Assembly (NCBI GenBank): GCA_951406725.2
Contig: OX597833.1
Span: 67,828,001-67,892,000, forward strand
Length of the DNA: 64,000 nt
Reading direction: 5' to 3'
Source: Octopus vulgaris
Lineage: Eukaryota
Shown in pieces: positions 1 through 11,572 of this stretch. The notes under the pieces were generated by a model. That model saw only the letters and a list, made by a program, of their open reading frames with translations, had not been told where the DNA came from and ran no database searches. The number at the start of each line of letters is the position of its first letter. The first letter of the stretch is position 1. The position numbers were made by a program, and so were the translations under genes.

Positions 1-393
1 GCGGCTATGCTGGAGCACCGCCTTTAGTCGAGTAAATCGACCCCGGGACTTATTCTTTTGTAAGCCTAGTACTTATTCTATCGGTCTCTTTTTGCCGAAC
101 CGTTAAGTGACGGGGACGTAAACACACCAGCATCGGTTGTCAAGCAATGCTAGGGGGACAAACACACACACAAACAAACATACATATATATATATATATA
201 CACACACATATATATATATATACGTATATACGACAGGCTTCTTTCAGTTTCCGTCTACCAAATCCACTCACAAGGCATTGGTTGGCCTGGGGCTATAGTA
301 GAAGACACTTTCCCAAGATGCCACGCAGTGGGACTGAACCCGGAACCATGTGGTTGGTTAGCAAGCAACTTACCACACAGCCACTCCTGCGCC
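1..393 (-). mobile_element. tRNA-derived CORE-type SINE with internal microsatellite (family A), cut by window start
   Basis: Reverse complement reads GGCGCAGGAGTGGCTGTGTGGTAAG (A-box-like), GGGTTCAGTCCC (B-box-like), a CORE-like CTTGGGAAAGTG, an internal (TA)n/(TG)n run and the shared 3' body. Near-identical to 23064-23475. Confidence 0.9.
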
Positions 394-442
394 TATGAAC
401 ACACACACACACACACACATATATATATGTGTTTATATATAT

Positions 443-527
443 AGGCAAGTGTCTTCTTCTATGGCCTCGGGCCGACCAAAGCCTTGTAAGTGGAATTGGA
501 AGATGAAACTGGAAGAAACCCGTCGTG
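443..527 (+). mobile_element. Family A SINE fragment
   Basis: GGCAAGTGTCTTCTTCTATGGCCTCGGGCCGACCAAAGCCTTG matches the family A middle section. Confidence 0.75.
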
Positions 528-1504
528 TATGTAACAGCTTTTGTTATATTTCTGCTGCTTTTAAATAAAGCATATTACTCTACCTCTGGTATTTGAGTAC
601 TATTTTTCCCACCTTGTTTCGCATTTATGTGCTTTTTCCGGTATAAATCTGAACTTTCAATTCAGTCGGAAGAAACGCCACCGAGATCTTGTTCAACGTA
701 CTAGCGATTAAGTGTATGTGTGTGTATATATAAGTATGGGTGACTTACATGCACTTATGCAGAGTGAGCATTTCTCATTCATGACGAGAAATATAAGAGG
801 GAGATTTTCGCTGCTATCTTTTGACAGTGTATGCCGTCATGTTGACCTAGATTCTCTGTTGGAACATTTAGCTGCTCTTTCTAACACGTCAAACAAGCGT
901 GCAATCCATCTTCCCGATTTGGTGCGTTTTTTCTTTCTTTTTTTTGTTCTTGACTTGACTTGCCGAAAGAATTGCGAGTCAGAAAGTCAAATTCCGAAAA
1001 TTCACCAAGAGGGATTTGTTTCAATGTCTGCCCATTGACATTAGTTCTTGACATTTATATCGGATGCTGGAAAGATTTTTGTATTATAGCGTCACTCATT
1101 TCAACCAAGCAAAAATGTTGCATCTCCTTCTTTGTATATAATGCTGAATGGATTTCGTTTATCGATTAGCGAACATTTTCTATTGAATGCTCGCTGTTGA
1201 ACTACGATGTCTATTAAATGTCACTTGTACTTGACTAAACTTTCTTGCAATGGTCTTTCCGTAGTTTTAGCTGTCGGAGTCGACGGCGCATTGTAGCTGT
1301 TGTCAATGGTGGGTTGTTACTAAGACGTTGATGCTTTGGTGCTGCTAACAGTTGATGGTAGTTGTTGACGATGTGCAAAAGGAACTATTGTTTAAGATAA
1401 TACCAATGCTAGAATCTTTTGTGTTTATTAGTAAAAGAATGAAAATAAACTGGAATGCTTTCATCTTCCTCCACTTCAAACCGAATTCAAGAATACCTGG
1501 CTCA

Positions 1505-1992
1505 GTCTGTGGATGTGTGGTAAGAAGCTTGATTCACAACCACAAGGTTCCGGGATGAGTCCCAGTGTATGGCAAGTTGGGCAAGTGTCTTGTACAATAG
1601 CCTCGAGTCGACTAAACCCTGGTGAGTGAATTTGGTAGATGAAAACAAAGAAGCCCATCGTGTGTGTGTGTATGTGTGTGTTGTTGTATCTGTCTTGTTT
1701 GTGTTTGTCAGCCAGTCTTTTGTAAGTGGATTGGGTAGATGGAAACAGAAAGAAGCTCTGTGTGTGTGTGTGTGTCTCTGTGTTTGTGTCGGTGTTTTGT
1801 TCCCACCGACATCGCTTGACACCGACGTTAGTGTGTTTACGTTCCTGTAACTTAGCAGTCTGTCAAAACAGACCGAGAGAATAAGTACCAGTCTTGAAGG
1901 AAAGCACTGGGGTCGATTCATTCGAGTAAAATTCGTCATAGTGCTGCCCCAGCATGGTCGCTCTCTAATGACTGAAACAAGGAAAAGATAAA
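1505..1992 (+). mobile_element. Family A SINE, diverged, with internal partial duplication
   Basis: Head, CORE-like motif, two copies of the GGATTTGGTAGATGGAAAC segment, (TG)n, and the 3' tail CCAGCATGG...ATGACTGAAACAAG. Confidence 0.85.
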
Positions 1993-2194
1993 AAATAGGA
2001 ATTAGTGAAGGGTTTATGTGAAAATAGATGCTAATATATAGCGGAGATTAAAACGATAAAATTGCGCACAATATTAGGGTGATTATTTTCTGTGAGGGAT
2101 TTCGGTGTTTACTGGGGGTCTGCGCATTTGTATACATCCTCACATTAGAGAGAGAGAGAGAGAGAGGAGGGAGGAGAAGTGTTTTTTTGGGTAG

Positions 2195-2280
2195 AAACAT
2201 GGCAAGTGTCTTCTACTATAGTGTCGAGCCAACCAGGCTTGCGAGTGGATTTGATAGACAGAAACTGAAAGAAGCCCGTC

Positions 2281-2314
<34 letters not shown>

Positions 2315-2497
2315 GTTTATGTATCTGTGTTTGTCCAACCATCATCGCTTGACAACCGATGCTGGTGTGTTTGTGTCCCTGTAACCTAGCGGTTCGGCAA
2401 AAGAGGCCGAGAGAATAAGTCTTGGGCTCGATTTGTTCGACTAAAGGCAGTGTTCCAGCATGGCTGCAGGCAAATGACTGAAACAAATAAAAGAAGA
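2195..2497 (+). mobile_element. Family A SINE, 5'-truncated
   Basis: Matches family A from GGCAAGTGTCTTCTACTATAG through the tail ATGACTGAAACAAATAAAAG. Confidence 0.85.
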
Positions 2498-2994
2498 AAT
2501 ATGTATATATATGAATCTCTCTTTGAATTCCTCTCACACGTGTGAGATATGCGTGCGTCTTCATGTATATGCAAGCGCATATACATATATACACTTTCTC
2601 ACTATATATAGAATGTATGTAGCTGTGCATAAGTGTGTATATATATATTCGTAACAAGCATATATTGTCATATTCTTTGTATTGCCTTATGCCAAAGCCT
2701 ATGCTCTTTCGTAGTGGAACCACATATGGTCGTGCTCCAAGTTAAATGTTGATAGCGTTGTCAGTGAAGTGTATCCAGAGTTGACAAGTGGCGTCAACAA
2801 GGCTTTTGTTTTTACACTTAAAAAAAAAAACAAAATATTTTTTCCGAGTTGGCGACTTTAGTTATTGACTTAACATGTTGGCTTCAAATTCAGAGAGAAA
2901 TGTATGGCTGTGTTGACATGAGACTTGTTTTGCATCAAGAAAACTCCAGAGACCGAAGAAATTGGTAACGGTTGTGTAGATATCCATTGATGAT

Positions 2995-3220
2995 ATATAA
3001 TATATATATATAGATATATAATATATATATATAGATATATAATATATATATATATAGATATATAATATATATATATATAGATATATAATATATAATATAT
3101 AGATATATAAATATATATATATAGATATATAATATATATATATATAGATATATATATATATATATATAATATATAATATATATATATATAGATATATAAT
3201 ATATATATATATATATATAC
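2995..3220. repeat. (TA)n-derived minisatellite, unit about ATATAGATATATAATAT
   Basis: Tandem repetition visible directly. Confidence 0.9.
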
Positions 3221-3394
3221 ATGTATACATGTATATATTGAATGTTCAATGTAGGATCGAACGTTTTGGCCAATCGTACTTTGTCTGAGAATGAGGAGAA
3301 GAGATAAATAGTCGTGGATTTGGATGGAAGTTTACAAATGCGGATTTTGGGTGAAATATAGGAAGGATATTGGTATGATGCGACACAGAATATC

Positions 3395-3626
3395 TATTTC
3401 TTTTGCTACCCACAAGGGGCTAAACACAGAGAGGAGAAACAAGGTCAGACAAACGAACTAAGTCGATTATATCGACCTCAGTGCGTAACTGGTATTTATT
3501 TAATCGACCCCGAAAGGATGAAAGGCAAAGTCGACCTCGGTGGAATTTGGAACTCAGAACGTAACGACAGACGAAATACGGCTAAGCATTTCGCCCGGCG
3601 TGCTAACGTTTCTGCCAGCTCGCCGC
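3395..3626 (-). mobile_element. Deu/Nin-domain tRNA SINE (family B)
   Basis: Reverse complement: GGCGAGCTGGCAGAAACGTTAGCACGCCGGGCG...GTCGACTTTGCCTTTCATCCTTTCGGGGTCGAT...CCCCTTGTGGG. The GCCTTTCATCCTTTCGGGGTCGAT block resembles the Deu/Nin conserved domain. Confidence 0.88.
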
Positions 3627-4739
3627 TTTGTGACATACATTACCTGAGTTGGTTCGAGTGGTGTGTGAGATGAGCAAAGGAGGGAGGAGAAGGTTTGAGG
3701 TAAAAAAACTCTTGAAATTAAGATGAAGAAAAGGAAACCGTGGTGAATGAACGAGAGCAGCGTAGAAAGTCTAGTGATTTGCCTGGTGGTGGTAGTGGGG
3801 GAATGTTTCGTTTCAGATTTCACATATTATACATCCAGGGTTATGAGTTGTAAGAATAATTTGTTTTCGGTTCAATGATCAGATTTTGCAATACGAAATA
3901 TGAAATTATTTTTTCCGTTACTTGTATTTTCGTATTTTACCATTTCGTGATCCTAAGAATTTCTACGTTCTATGTATAGGAATTGTTGCAGCATCTCTTA
4001 AAAATTATTTAAGAATTTTCGGTCGTTGCATGCATTCCGTTAAGTGCATTCGTGTTAGGATATAAATAAGCATAAATGTTGTTTAACACCGAAGCAGATC
4101 GCAGTGCGCATCACTTATGATCGACAATATTCTAACTATTAACTCCCAATTTTTGCTGGCATTGTGTAGCTAAACTACGATGTCCATTATGCTACTTTTA
4201 AACAGCAGTATGTGATTTAGATAAATGGCTATTTCGAGCAGCTCAAGCGGCCATGTATATATAACTTTGTTTAGTCGAATACATGCATTTAAGTTGTTAG
4301 TTGTTATTTAGTTACAGATGAGCTCTTACTTGGGCTATCTATGTTCCAGTCGTGACCATATATAATGTATTTTGGGTTACATTATCTGATATATCCTCCT
4401 TCATTGCTGTTTGGCTTCAGGTCAGATTTTCCAAATTACCAAAGCTGCGAAATTCTGCTTCCGGAAATATCTTTTTATCTTCCTAGAATTTTCCAGTGGA
4501 TACAGAATTTAACTATCCTATCATTATATTCCAAATATAGGCGGTCAATTTGCTGATATTCTTCTGTATTCTCGAAGTAAGACATGATATCTTTATTTAA
4601 ATAAACCTTCGTTGATTCCCTTAAGTCTTACGGTAAATATGATTTTGTCTTCAACTGATGATTATTATATAAAAAATAATTGCCTCAGTGTTTCGGGATC
4701 AAGACTATGTAAATCTTTGCTTCTTTGTAGCCAACATAC

Positions 4740-4803
4740 CTCCGTTAGATTGAGGGAATTATTGTTCCTTTTCAGCTTCAAATCTTTTGCAGTAAATATG
4801 AAG
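4740..4803 (-). CDS. Candidate exon 4 of an unidentified minus-strand gene, (R)FIFTAKDLKLKRNNNSLNLTE; may instead read through to a stop at 4665
   Basis: Acceptor TTTTTTACTTTGTCCATCTCTTTAAG|, donor GAG|GTATGT. Phase 2 entry is compatible with the upstream exons. Confidence 0.5.
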
Positions 4804-5129
4804 CTTAAAGAGATGGACAAAGTAAAAAAAAACACACCTTTTAAACAACATACACTGAAGGTCCTTACGCTGAACATGGCGTGCGCATGCGAAAAACAGA
4901 CATGCGTGTCTCAGCGTGCATCTGGGAATAAATCACAAGCATTACATGTCACCAGGTTTAATACAGGTGTAAAGTATAGTTATAGACATGTAAAATCCTG
5001 ATTTTGATATAACTGTAGAATGTAATCTATGCTCAGAAAATTAGATTAATGTAACTAGATTCAATGTTTATCCACTCTTCATCTGTAATCAGTTACTAAT
5101 CTTTTTTGTTAACGGAGAGATTAGATATG

Positions 5130-5274
5130 TTCTGCTCTTTTCTCTTCGTTTTATCTTTTTCTCTTCTCCCCATATTTTCCGCATTTCTTTCTGTCAAAGA
5201 GTGTAACTTCGAAACGTCAAAGATTCTTCAATTTTTCTTGAGTGTCAAATGCACCCTGTCTGTTGTTCCCTCAC
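5130..5274 (+). mobile_element. Old copy of the minimal-HHR (Penelope pLTR-like) element
   Basis: CTTT-CTGTCAA-AGAGTGTAACTTC-GAAACGTC-AAAG and downstream sequence are homologous to 24286-24441 and 43096-43286. Confidence 0.55.
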
Positions 5275-5298
5275 CGGACTCTCTTAATTTTTGGAAGA
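5275..5298 (-). CDS. Candidate 24-nt microexon, (S)LPKIKRV(R)
   Basis: Acceptor TTTGTACTTTCCCGCAG|, donor CCG|GTGAGG. 65-nt upstream intron, phase 2/2, open frame. Confidence 0.4.
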
Positions 5299-5363
5299 CT
5301 GCGGGAAAGTACAAAGTAATCCAGAAATGGATAACAAAACAAAATAAAATTAGGCAGTTTTAC

Positions 5364-5558
5364 CTTGTGTTTCTATACTTCGGGGTGAAAACCTCTTCTT
5401 CAGGATATTTGGAGAAATCAGTAGTTGGAAAAAGTCGTTGCTCAGACGTGTGCGGCGGAGGTAGGGGATGAAGTCTACTTTGTGTAGTTTCTTCCTGTTG
5501 CTTGATGGTTGGTCTCAATATTGGCTTCCATGATTCTGATATTGCCCCTGTTGCGTTG
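5364..5558 (-). CDS. Candidate coding exon (NATGAISESWKPILRPTIKQQEETTQSRLHPLPPPHTSEQRLFPTTDFSKYPEEEVFTPKYRNT), product unidentified
   Basis: Unique sequence with one open frame. Donor CAAG|GTAAAA, acceptor TTTCCATTAG| (alternative AG gives an exon start at 5568). 195 nt, phase 2/2. Confidence 0.65.
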
Positions 5559-5583
5559 CTAATGGAAACTAAAATCTTAACGC

Positions 5584-5807
5584 GGCGAGCTGGCAGAAAC
5601 GATAGCACTCCGGGCGAAATGCTTTGTGGTATTTCGTCCGCCGCTGCGTTCTGAGTTCAAATTCCGCCGAGGTCGACTTTGCCTTTCATCCTTTCTGGCT
5701 CGATAAATTAAGTACCAGTTACGCACTGGGGTCGATGTAATCGACTTAATCCGTTTGTTTGTCTGTCTATGTTTGTCCCCTCTGTTTAGCCCCTTGAGGG
5801 CAATAAA
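5584..5807 (+). mobile_element. Family B SINE, full length
   Basis: GGCGAGCTGGCAGAAACG head, GAGTTCAAATTCC B-box, Deu/Nin-like block, tail TTTAGCCCCTTGAGGGCAATAAAA. Confidence 0.9.
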
Positions 5808-6028
5808 ATCGTGGGTTTGGCACTTCCTAAAGTGTTTCTTTATTGAAATGTCTGTATGTAATGTGCTCCTTTATACGGATGGGTATTTTCCTGGCAGTGT
5901 TCCCTATGTAGGACGCCCCACATATGTTGCAGATATTGTTAATGCTTGTTCATATTTTCAGTTATAATAAAAACAATTTTACATTCATCTGATATGCTAC
6001 CCTACAATTCTGTAGAGTACAGATTTAC

Positions 6029-6207
6029 TATTCTTTCACAAGAATGTAGCTGACAGTGACATTGACAAGTAAGCCACCTCGGACCACCGACCTCACACGG
6101 CTTAACGAGTCGAAACTGAAGTTGCTGTCAGTAATATTCTTGCTGGAGAATATTATAAACAAACATGGACCCGAGGAAGTACATCTGCTTAGTTGCAGAA
6201 TGCTTTT
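6029..6207 (-). CDS. Candidate coding exon (KSILQLSRCTSSGPCLFIIFSSKNITDSNFSFDSLSRVRSVVRGGLLVNVTVSYILVKE)
   Basis: Strong polypyrimidine acceptor ending ...TTTTATTAACCAG|, donor ATA|GTAAAT. Ends in phase 2 and joins the 5558 exon in frame (TA|C = Tyr). Confidence 0.55.
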
Positions 6208-6473
6208 CTGGTTAATAAAAAAGTAAAATAAACAAACAAAACAGTTAAAAATTATGATGCAACTACACAGCTTACATTTCATGGTGCATTTATAAACATG
6301 TCTATTAAAAGTGTACGCTCGCAGTACAGATGCTTCTTTTTTGTCTGTCTGTCACTCACACTATGAATGTAGGTATACATTTATAGGTATGCATAGGATG
6401 AATTTTGTGTTGCCTTGATGATCTATTGTGGTTCAGCCTCGAATAGCACTTGGAACATCCAATGAAAAGTCTA

Positions 6474-6666
6474 CAGGAGTGGTTGTGTGGTAAGTAGCTT
6501 GCTTACCAACCACATGGTTCCGGTTTCAGTCCCACTGCGTGGCACCTTGGGCAAGTGTCTTCTACTATAGCCTCGGGCCGAGCAAAGCCTTGTGAGTGGA
6601 TTTGGTAGACGGAAACTGAAAGAAGCTTGTCGTATATATGTATGTATGTATGTATGTATATACATA

Positions 6667-6703
<37 letters not shown>

Positions 6704-6912
6704 TGGGTGTCTGTGTTTGTCCCCCAACATCACTTGACAACTGATGCTGGTGTGTTTACGTCCCCGTAACTTAGCGGTTCGGCAAAAGAGACCGATAGAA
6801 TAAGTACTAGGTTTACAAAGAATAAGTCCTGGGGTCGATTTGCTCGACTAAAGGCGTTGCTCCAGCATGGCCGCAGTCAAATGACTGAAACAAGTATAAG
6901 AGAGTAAAAGAG
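6474..6912 (+). mobile_element. Family A SINE, full length
   Basis: Complete head, CORE-like motif CCTTGGGCAAGT, internal (TATG)n(TG)n, and tail CCAGCATGGCCGCAGTCAAATGACTGAAACAAG. Confidence 0.92.
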
Positions 6913-8229
6913 AAAAAAATAACCACAGTAGCAAAACGTTCGTTGAGATAAAAACTGTTTTATCATAGTTTCTCCATTGTACGTAAATATTTCTCCATCT
7001 CCACACACGTGTATATATAAATTTGCGTGCCATGTTTCCGCGTACATGTGTGTTGTATGCTAGCATGTGTTGCTTTCTTACCAAGTTAATTCTATACACA
7101 GCAGTCCAAAATCTGACAGCCTCTCTACCCACTCAGTCACTTTGTATATATTTGTGTGTATGTATATATTATCTCTCTCTTTCTCTACACACACAAAAAT
7201 ACACAAAAACATACACACACAAATTGATATCACATTGAGAATAAAATAGTCCATCAGAAAGAAAATTAAGAGATAATTTTGAAAGAGTGAATAGTAAGGG
7301 ATATAAATATGGCGTTAATAATGACTTTAGACTTTGGTAATCCTTTATTCCATTGCTTCCTGGAATCCCCTGAGATCGAGAGTCTACGAAACACGAACTC
7401 TTAAGTTTATTTATATATTAGAGAAAAACATGGCTGCTGGCAGTATTGCGTTGCTGGATTAGACTTTGTTACGAATAATGAAAGCAGGTCTTGTTTAGCA
7501 ACAGACTGAGAGATGCTCAACTGTTTGCTAGCATTTTCTAATGCTTCAGGCAATCGAGTGCAGCGACGCGCGATAAAATGACAACAACAACAGCAACAAC
7601 ACAACAACAACATGGAGACGGTGGTACTTTAAGCAGAATACAGAATCGCTTTTGTCACCCTGTCTGCTTGCCTAGATGTCTACTTTTCTCTTTCTTTCAT
7701 TCTTTTTCTCTTCCGTCTTTCCTTTTCCATGCTTTATCATGAATGTGTGTATGTACTTCAGAGGATCTGTTCTTACTTCTAGTACTTACAGAAACTTATC
7801 AAGCAGCGGAGTTTACCGTGGATTTGCATAGGAATTGAAACCATACAAGTCATCATTCAGTCTTTGCTTGTTTTCCCTCTACCGAACATCTATCTATCTC
7901 TATCTATCTATCTGTCTGTCTCTCATGCAATAGTGTTTCCCTGAAGATCCGTTGTGGTTAGGTATTCAACTGCACTTGAATTGAAACCTCCAGTGCAAAG
8001 TTCCAAACAGTCACAATGTGGAAACGTACGTAGGAACAAATGATACAACCGTGTTTATCGTAATTTTTCATTACATCTACTCACACACACATATATATAT
8101 ATATGACTCATCCATACAGATTATTTGCCCCTCACACAGACTGTGAGTATGGTACTGTTGACACTAGTGTATCTATCTACACGTCTGTCTATCAACCTGT
8201 CTATTTAGCTACCTGTCTATCTAGCTACC

Positions 8230-8600
8230 CCTCTCTCTCTCTACCTACCTCTCTCTTTCTACCCACCTCTCTCTTTCTACCTACCTCTCTCTCTCTTTAT
8301 TTCTCACTCTCTCTTTATTTCTCACTCTCTCTTTATTTCTCACTCTCTCTTTATTTCTCACTCTCTCTTTATTTCTCACTCTCTCTTTATCTCCCACTCA
8401 CTCTCTATCTCTCACTCTCTCTCTATCTTTCACTCTCTCTATCTCTCTCTCTGTCTATTTCTCTCTTTGTCTATCTCTGTCTATCTTTCTATCTACCTAT
8501 CTACCTCTTTCTACCTACCTATCTCTACCTACCTACGTCTCTCTCTCTCTCTACCTACCTACCTACCTACCTACCTACCTACCTACCACTCTCTCTCAAT
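8230..8600. repeat. CT-rich minisatellite (18-bp CTCTCTTTATTTCTCACT units) and (CTAC)n
   Basis: Tandem units visible directly. Confidence 0.9.
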
Positions 8601-9409
8601 GTATTCCGCCGTCCATTCGCCTCACCTCAAAAACTCCGAAAATAAAAAGAAATTTATACGTTTTTCGGTATTATTTATTTCATGATTTATACTGTCAACC
8701 CTAATTATCTTCATTTTTGCCAACCTGATATCCTTAATCTAGCATGCGCCATATACGGTAATCCCCAAATAGTCGTTGGAAAGGATAAAAAGAAAAAAAA
8801 AGTTAAAGAAAATAAGGAAAGAAAAAAAAAAAAAGCGGGAGTAAATTACGAGGAAAAAAGGATTTATATGGGAAACTCCGTTAAATTTAACTTGAACATT
8901 CTCAACACGGAAGCTGTCGCCATGAATAATCGTTCTTCGGAAAGCTTCAGTGAATGTTTTTGAAAATTCCATAAGAATAATTCACCATCTGGAAATAAAG
9001 TAGCGTATCACGAAACGGTAACGGCGGGGAATTTATCAAGTTGGTGGACCTGCTAGACATAGCAACCAAATCATACACCAGTTTTGACTTAGGGTTGAAA
9101 AATTAAAAAAAGAAAAAAGAAAAAATAAGAATATATGGGCGGTTGGATAAGTTAGCACCATAGAAATGCTGAAGGAATAGGTGGGGGGTTTGGATGACTT
9201 TCAGGAGAGACCTGGCCAGAAGCGAAACGGCAACAAGCTTCTGTGGAAACGGTGGACCTGCTAGGTACAGAATGCAAATCACATTCCAATCTTGCCTTCG
9301 TGTTAAAAATGAAGTAAAGAAAAAAACCTATAAAGAGATTGGATAAATGCATTTCTGGATACTTTATCGCTAATCTCTGTCCGGAAGCAAAAGCTAAAGT
9401 AATAATCCT

Positions 9410-9856
9410 TTGTTACGGACACGATGCCTGAAATTTTGGAGTGAGGATGCTGGTCGATTTCATCCATCCCAGTGTTTAACTGGTACTCATTTTATCGATC
9501 TCGAAAGGATGAAAGGTAAAGTCGACCTCAGCATATTTTCCAGTTGGGACGTAAAAGCGGATGAAATAACACTGAGCATTTTTTTCCGGTTTGCTAACGG
9601 TTCCGTCAGTTCACCATAATGATACTTCTTATTTGGGTACGAAGTATGAGGTAATGGAGGGGGCTAATCGATTATATAAAAAGGGGCTACACACAGAGGG
9701 GACAAACAAGGACAGACAAACGGATTAAATCGATTTTATCGATCCGAAACGATGAAAGGCAAAGTCGGCCTCGGCGGAATTTGAACTCCGAACGTAGCGG
9801 CATATGAAATACCGCTAAGCATTTCGCCCGGCGTGCTAACGTTTCTGCTAACTCGT
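9410..9856 (-). mobile_element. Two adjacent family B SINE copies
   Basis: The GATGAAAGG(T/C)AAAGTCG(A/G)CCTC motif occurs twice; the two copies carry different tails. Confidence 0.8.
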
Positions 9857-10447
9857 GTTAACCATTCTGCCAACCCACCTTCCTAACAATAGTAATTTCT
9901 AGTCATGTACCTACAGATAAAACTATTTACTTGATATATTGATATGAAACCAGCCTGTTGTAATGAATTCATTCATCGCCCCTATTTTATAAATATTTAC
10001 TTTATAAGCACCTGAAAGAGGAGACATAAACTAATCCTGTTTGGATTCGAACCAGAATGTGTATTAATGACCGCTATCCTGAAAATCAGTAAGAGATCAC
10101 TTGATACTGAAGCCCTTAATAGAGTATATGTGTAGGGTAACTTACCTTTATCTCAAGCGTAGAAGAGACACACGTGAAGACAATTAATGTTGTCGGTATT
10201 CAGTCACTTTATCTCTTGCTTTTGCAATACCTATCACGAAAGTGAAACCAGATATTTGAAAGTTCTTACATTATAAGTTGGCGACATGTAAAGGGAAATA
10301 TTATACTGGGAATACGTCAACGTCAGTACTGTAAAAATACTTGGTTATATAGAGTCCCGCCTAAGAAATGAATGTTAGGTATCCCTTCTGATATATGATC
10401 TGAGAAGAAAGAACCTACATACTGGAAGATATTCGAGACAGAGGTGG

Positions 10448-10478
<31 letters not shown>

Positions 10479-10499
10479 CAACAACAATAATAATAATAA

Positions 10500-10712
10500 T
10501 GATGGTTTCAAATTTTGGCAGAAGACAAGCAATTTTAGGAGGAATTTAAGTCGATTGCATCGAGCCCCGTAATTGAATAGTATTTTACATTCCCCAGCCA
10601 ATAAGGAACAAAGGTAAATTTGGCCTCAGCGTTGTTCGAACTCTGAACTTAAAATCAGGAGAAATGGCTCTAAACCTTTTATCCACGTGCTAACGATTCT
10701 GCCAGCTTCTCG
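10500..10712 (-). mobile_element. Diverged family B SINE with (TTA)n tail
   Basis: Degenerate GCTAACGATTCTGCCAGCT head and AAGGTAAATTTGGCCTCAGC; adjoins (TAA)n at 10448-10500. Confidence 0.65.
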
Positions 10713-11139
10713 CGTTCAATATGGTTTCACATTTTGTCACAAGGCCTGGAAATCAAAGGGGACGTGTTTTGTTTCTTTTCTATTGGGGTGTGGTGCAGTC
10801 TTTTGTTGTGTTACTGCTTGTATTGTGTGTTGAGAGTGTAATGCGTTGGTTAACTAACTTGCTGGTGGAAGTTTATTTCACTGAGCAATTACTGTAAAAA
10901 GTGTTTCTTGTGTTTGTAGATTGTTTTATTCAGGATGTGTTATTGAATTGAAATCTCACCAAATGGCAAACATTTCACTTTTTATTCGCGGGTATTAGAA
11001 TAAATCTTCATTGTTTCCAAAGCGTACCCGTTTGCAATTTAATCCTTCCATTCAATACATCTCCATTTGATAACATGTGGCAGTAATATAGTTTTCTGGG
11101 AAGCATCCCAAGAGACATTCGTTTTGTTTAAAAACAATA

Positions 11140-11572
11140 ATAATCCTTTCTACTAAAGACACAAGGCCTGAAATTATGTGGGTGGGGACTAGCAGATTAC
11201 ATCGACCGCAGTGTTTCACTGGTACATAATTTATCGACCCCGAAAGGATGAAAGGAAAAATCGACCTCGTTCGCATTTGAACTCAGAACGCAGCGACGGG
11301 CGAAATACCTATTTCTTTACTACCCACAAGGGGCTAAACACAAAGGGGACAGACAAGGACAGACAAACGGATTAAATCGATTACATCGACCCCAGTATTA
11401 ATCTGGTACTTAATTTATCGACCCCGAAAGGATGAAAGGCAAAGTCGACCTCGGCGGAATTTGAACTCACAACGTAACGGCTGACGAAATACCGCTGAGC
11501 ATTTCGCCCAGGGTGCTAACGTTTGTGCCAGCTCGACATTTTGTCCAGCGTGCTAACGATTCAGCCAGCTCA
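11140..11572 (-). mobile_element. Nested or tandem family B SINEs
   Basis: Two Deu/Nin blocks (about 11230 and 11415) with two different tails. One copy appears to interrupt the other at GAAATACC. Confidence 0.85.

Noticed and set aside
147-398. Recurring 'RQASFSFRLPNPLTR...PRSGTEPGTMW' peptides
   Set aside because: Antisense translations of family A SINE, not a gene family.
7407-7613. Minus-strand ORF with poly-Cys
   Set aside because: Poly-Cys comes from a (CAA)n repeat; no convincing splice donor or homology.
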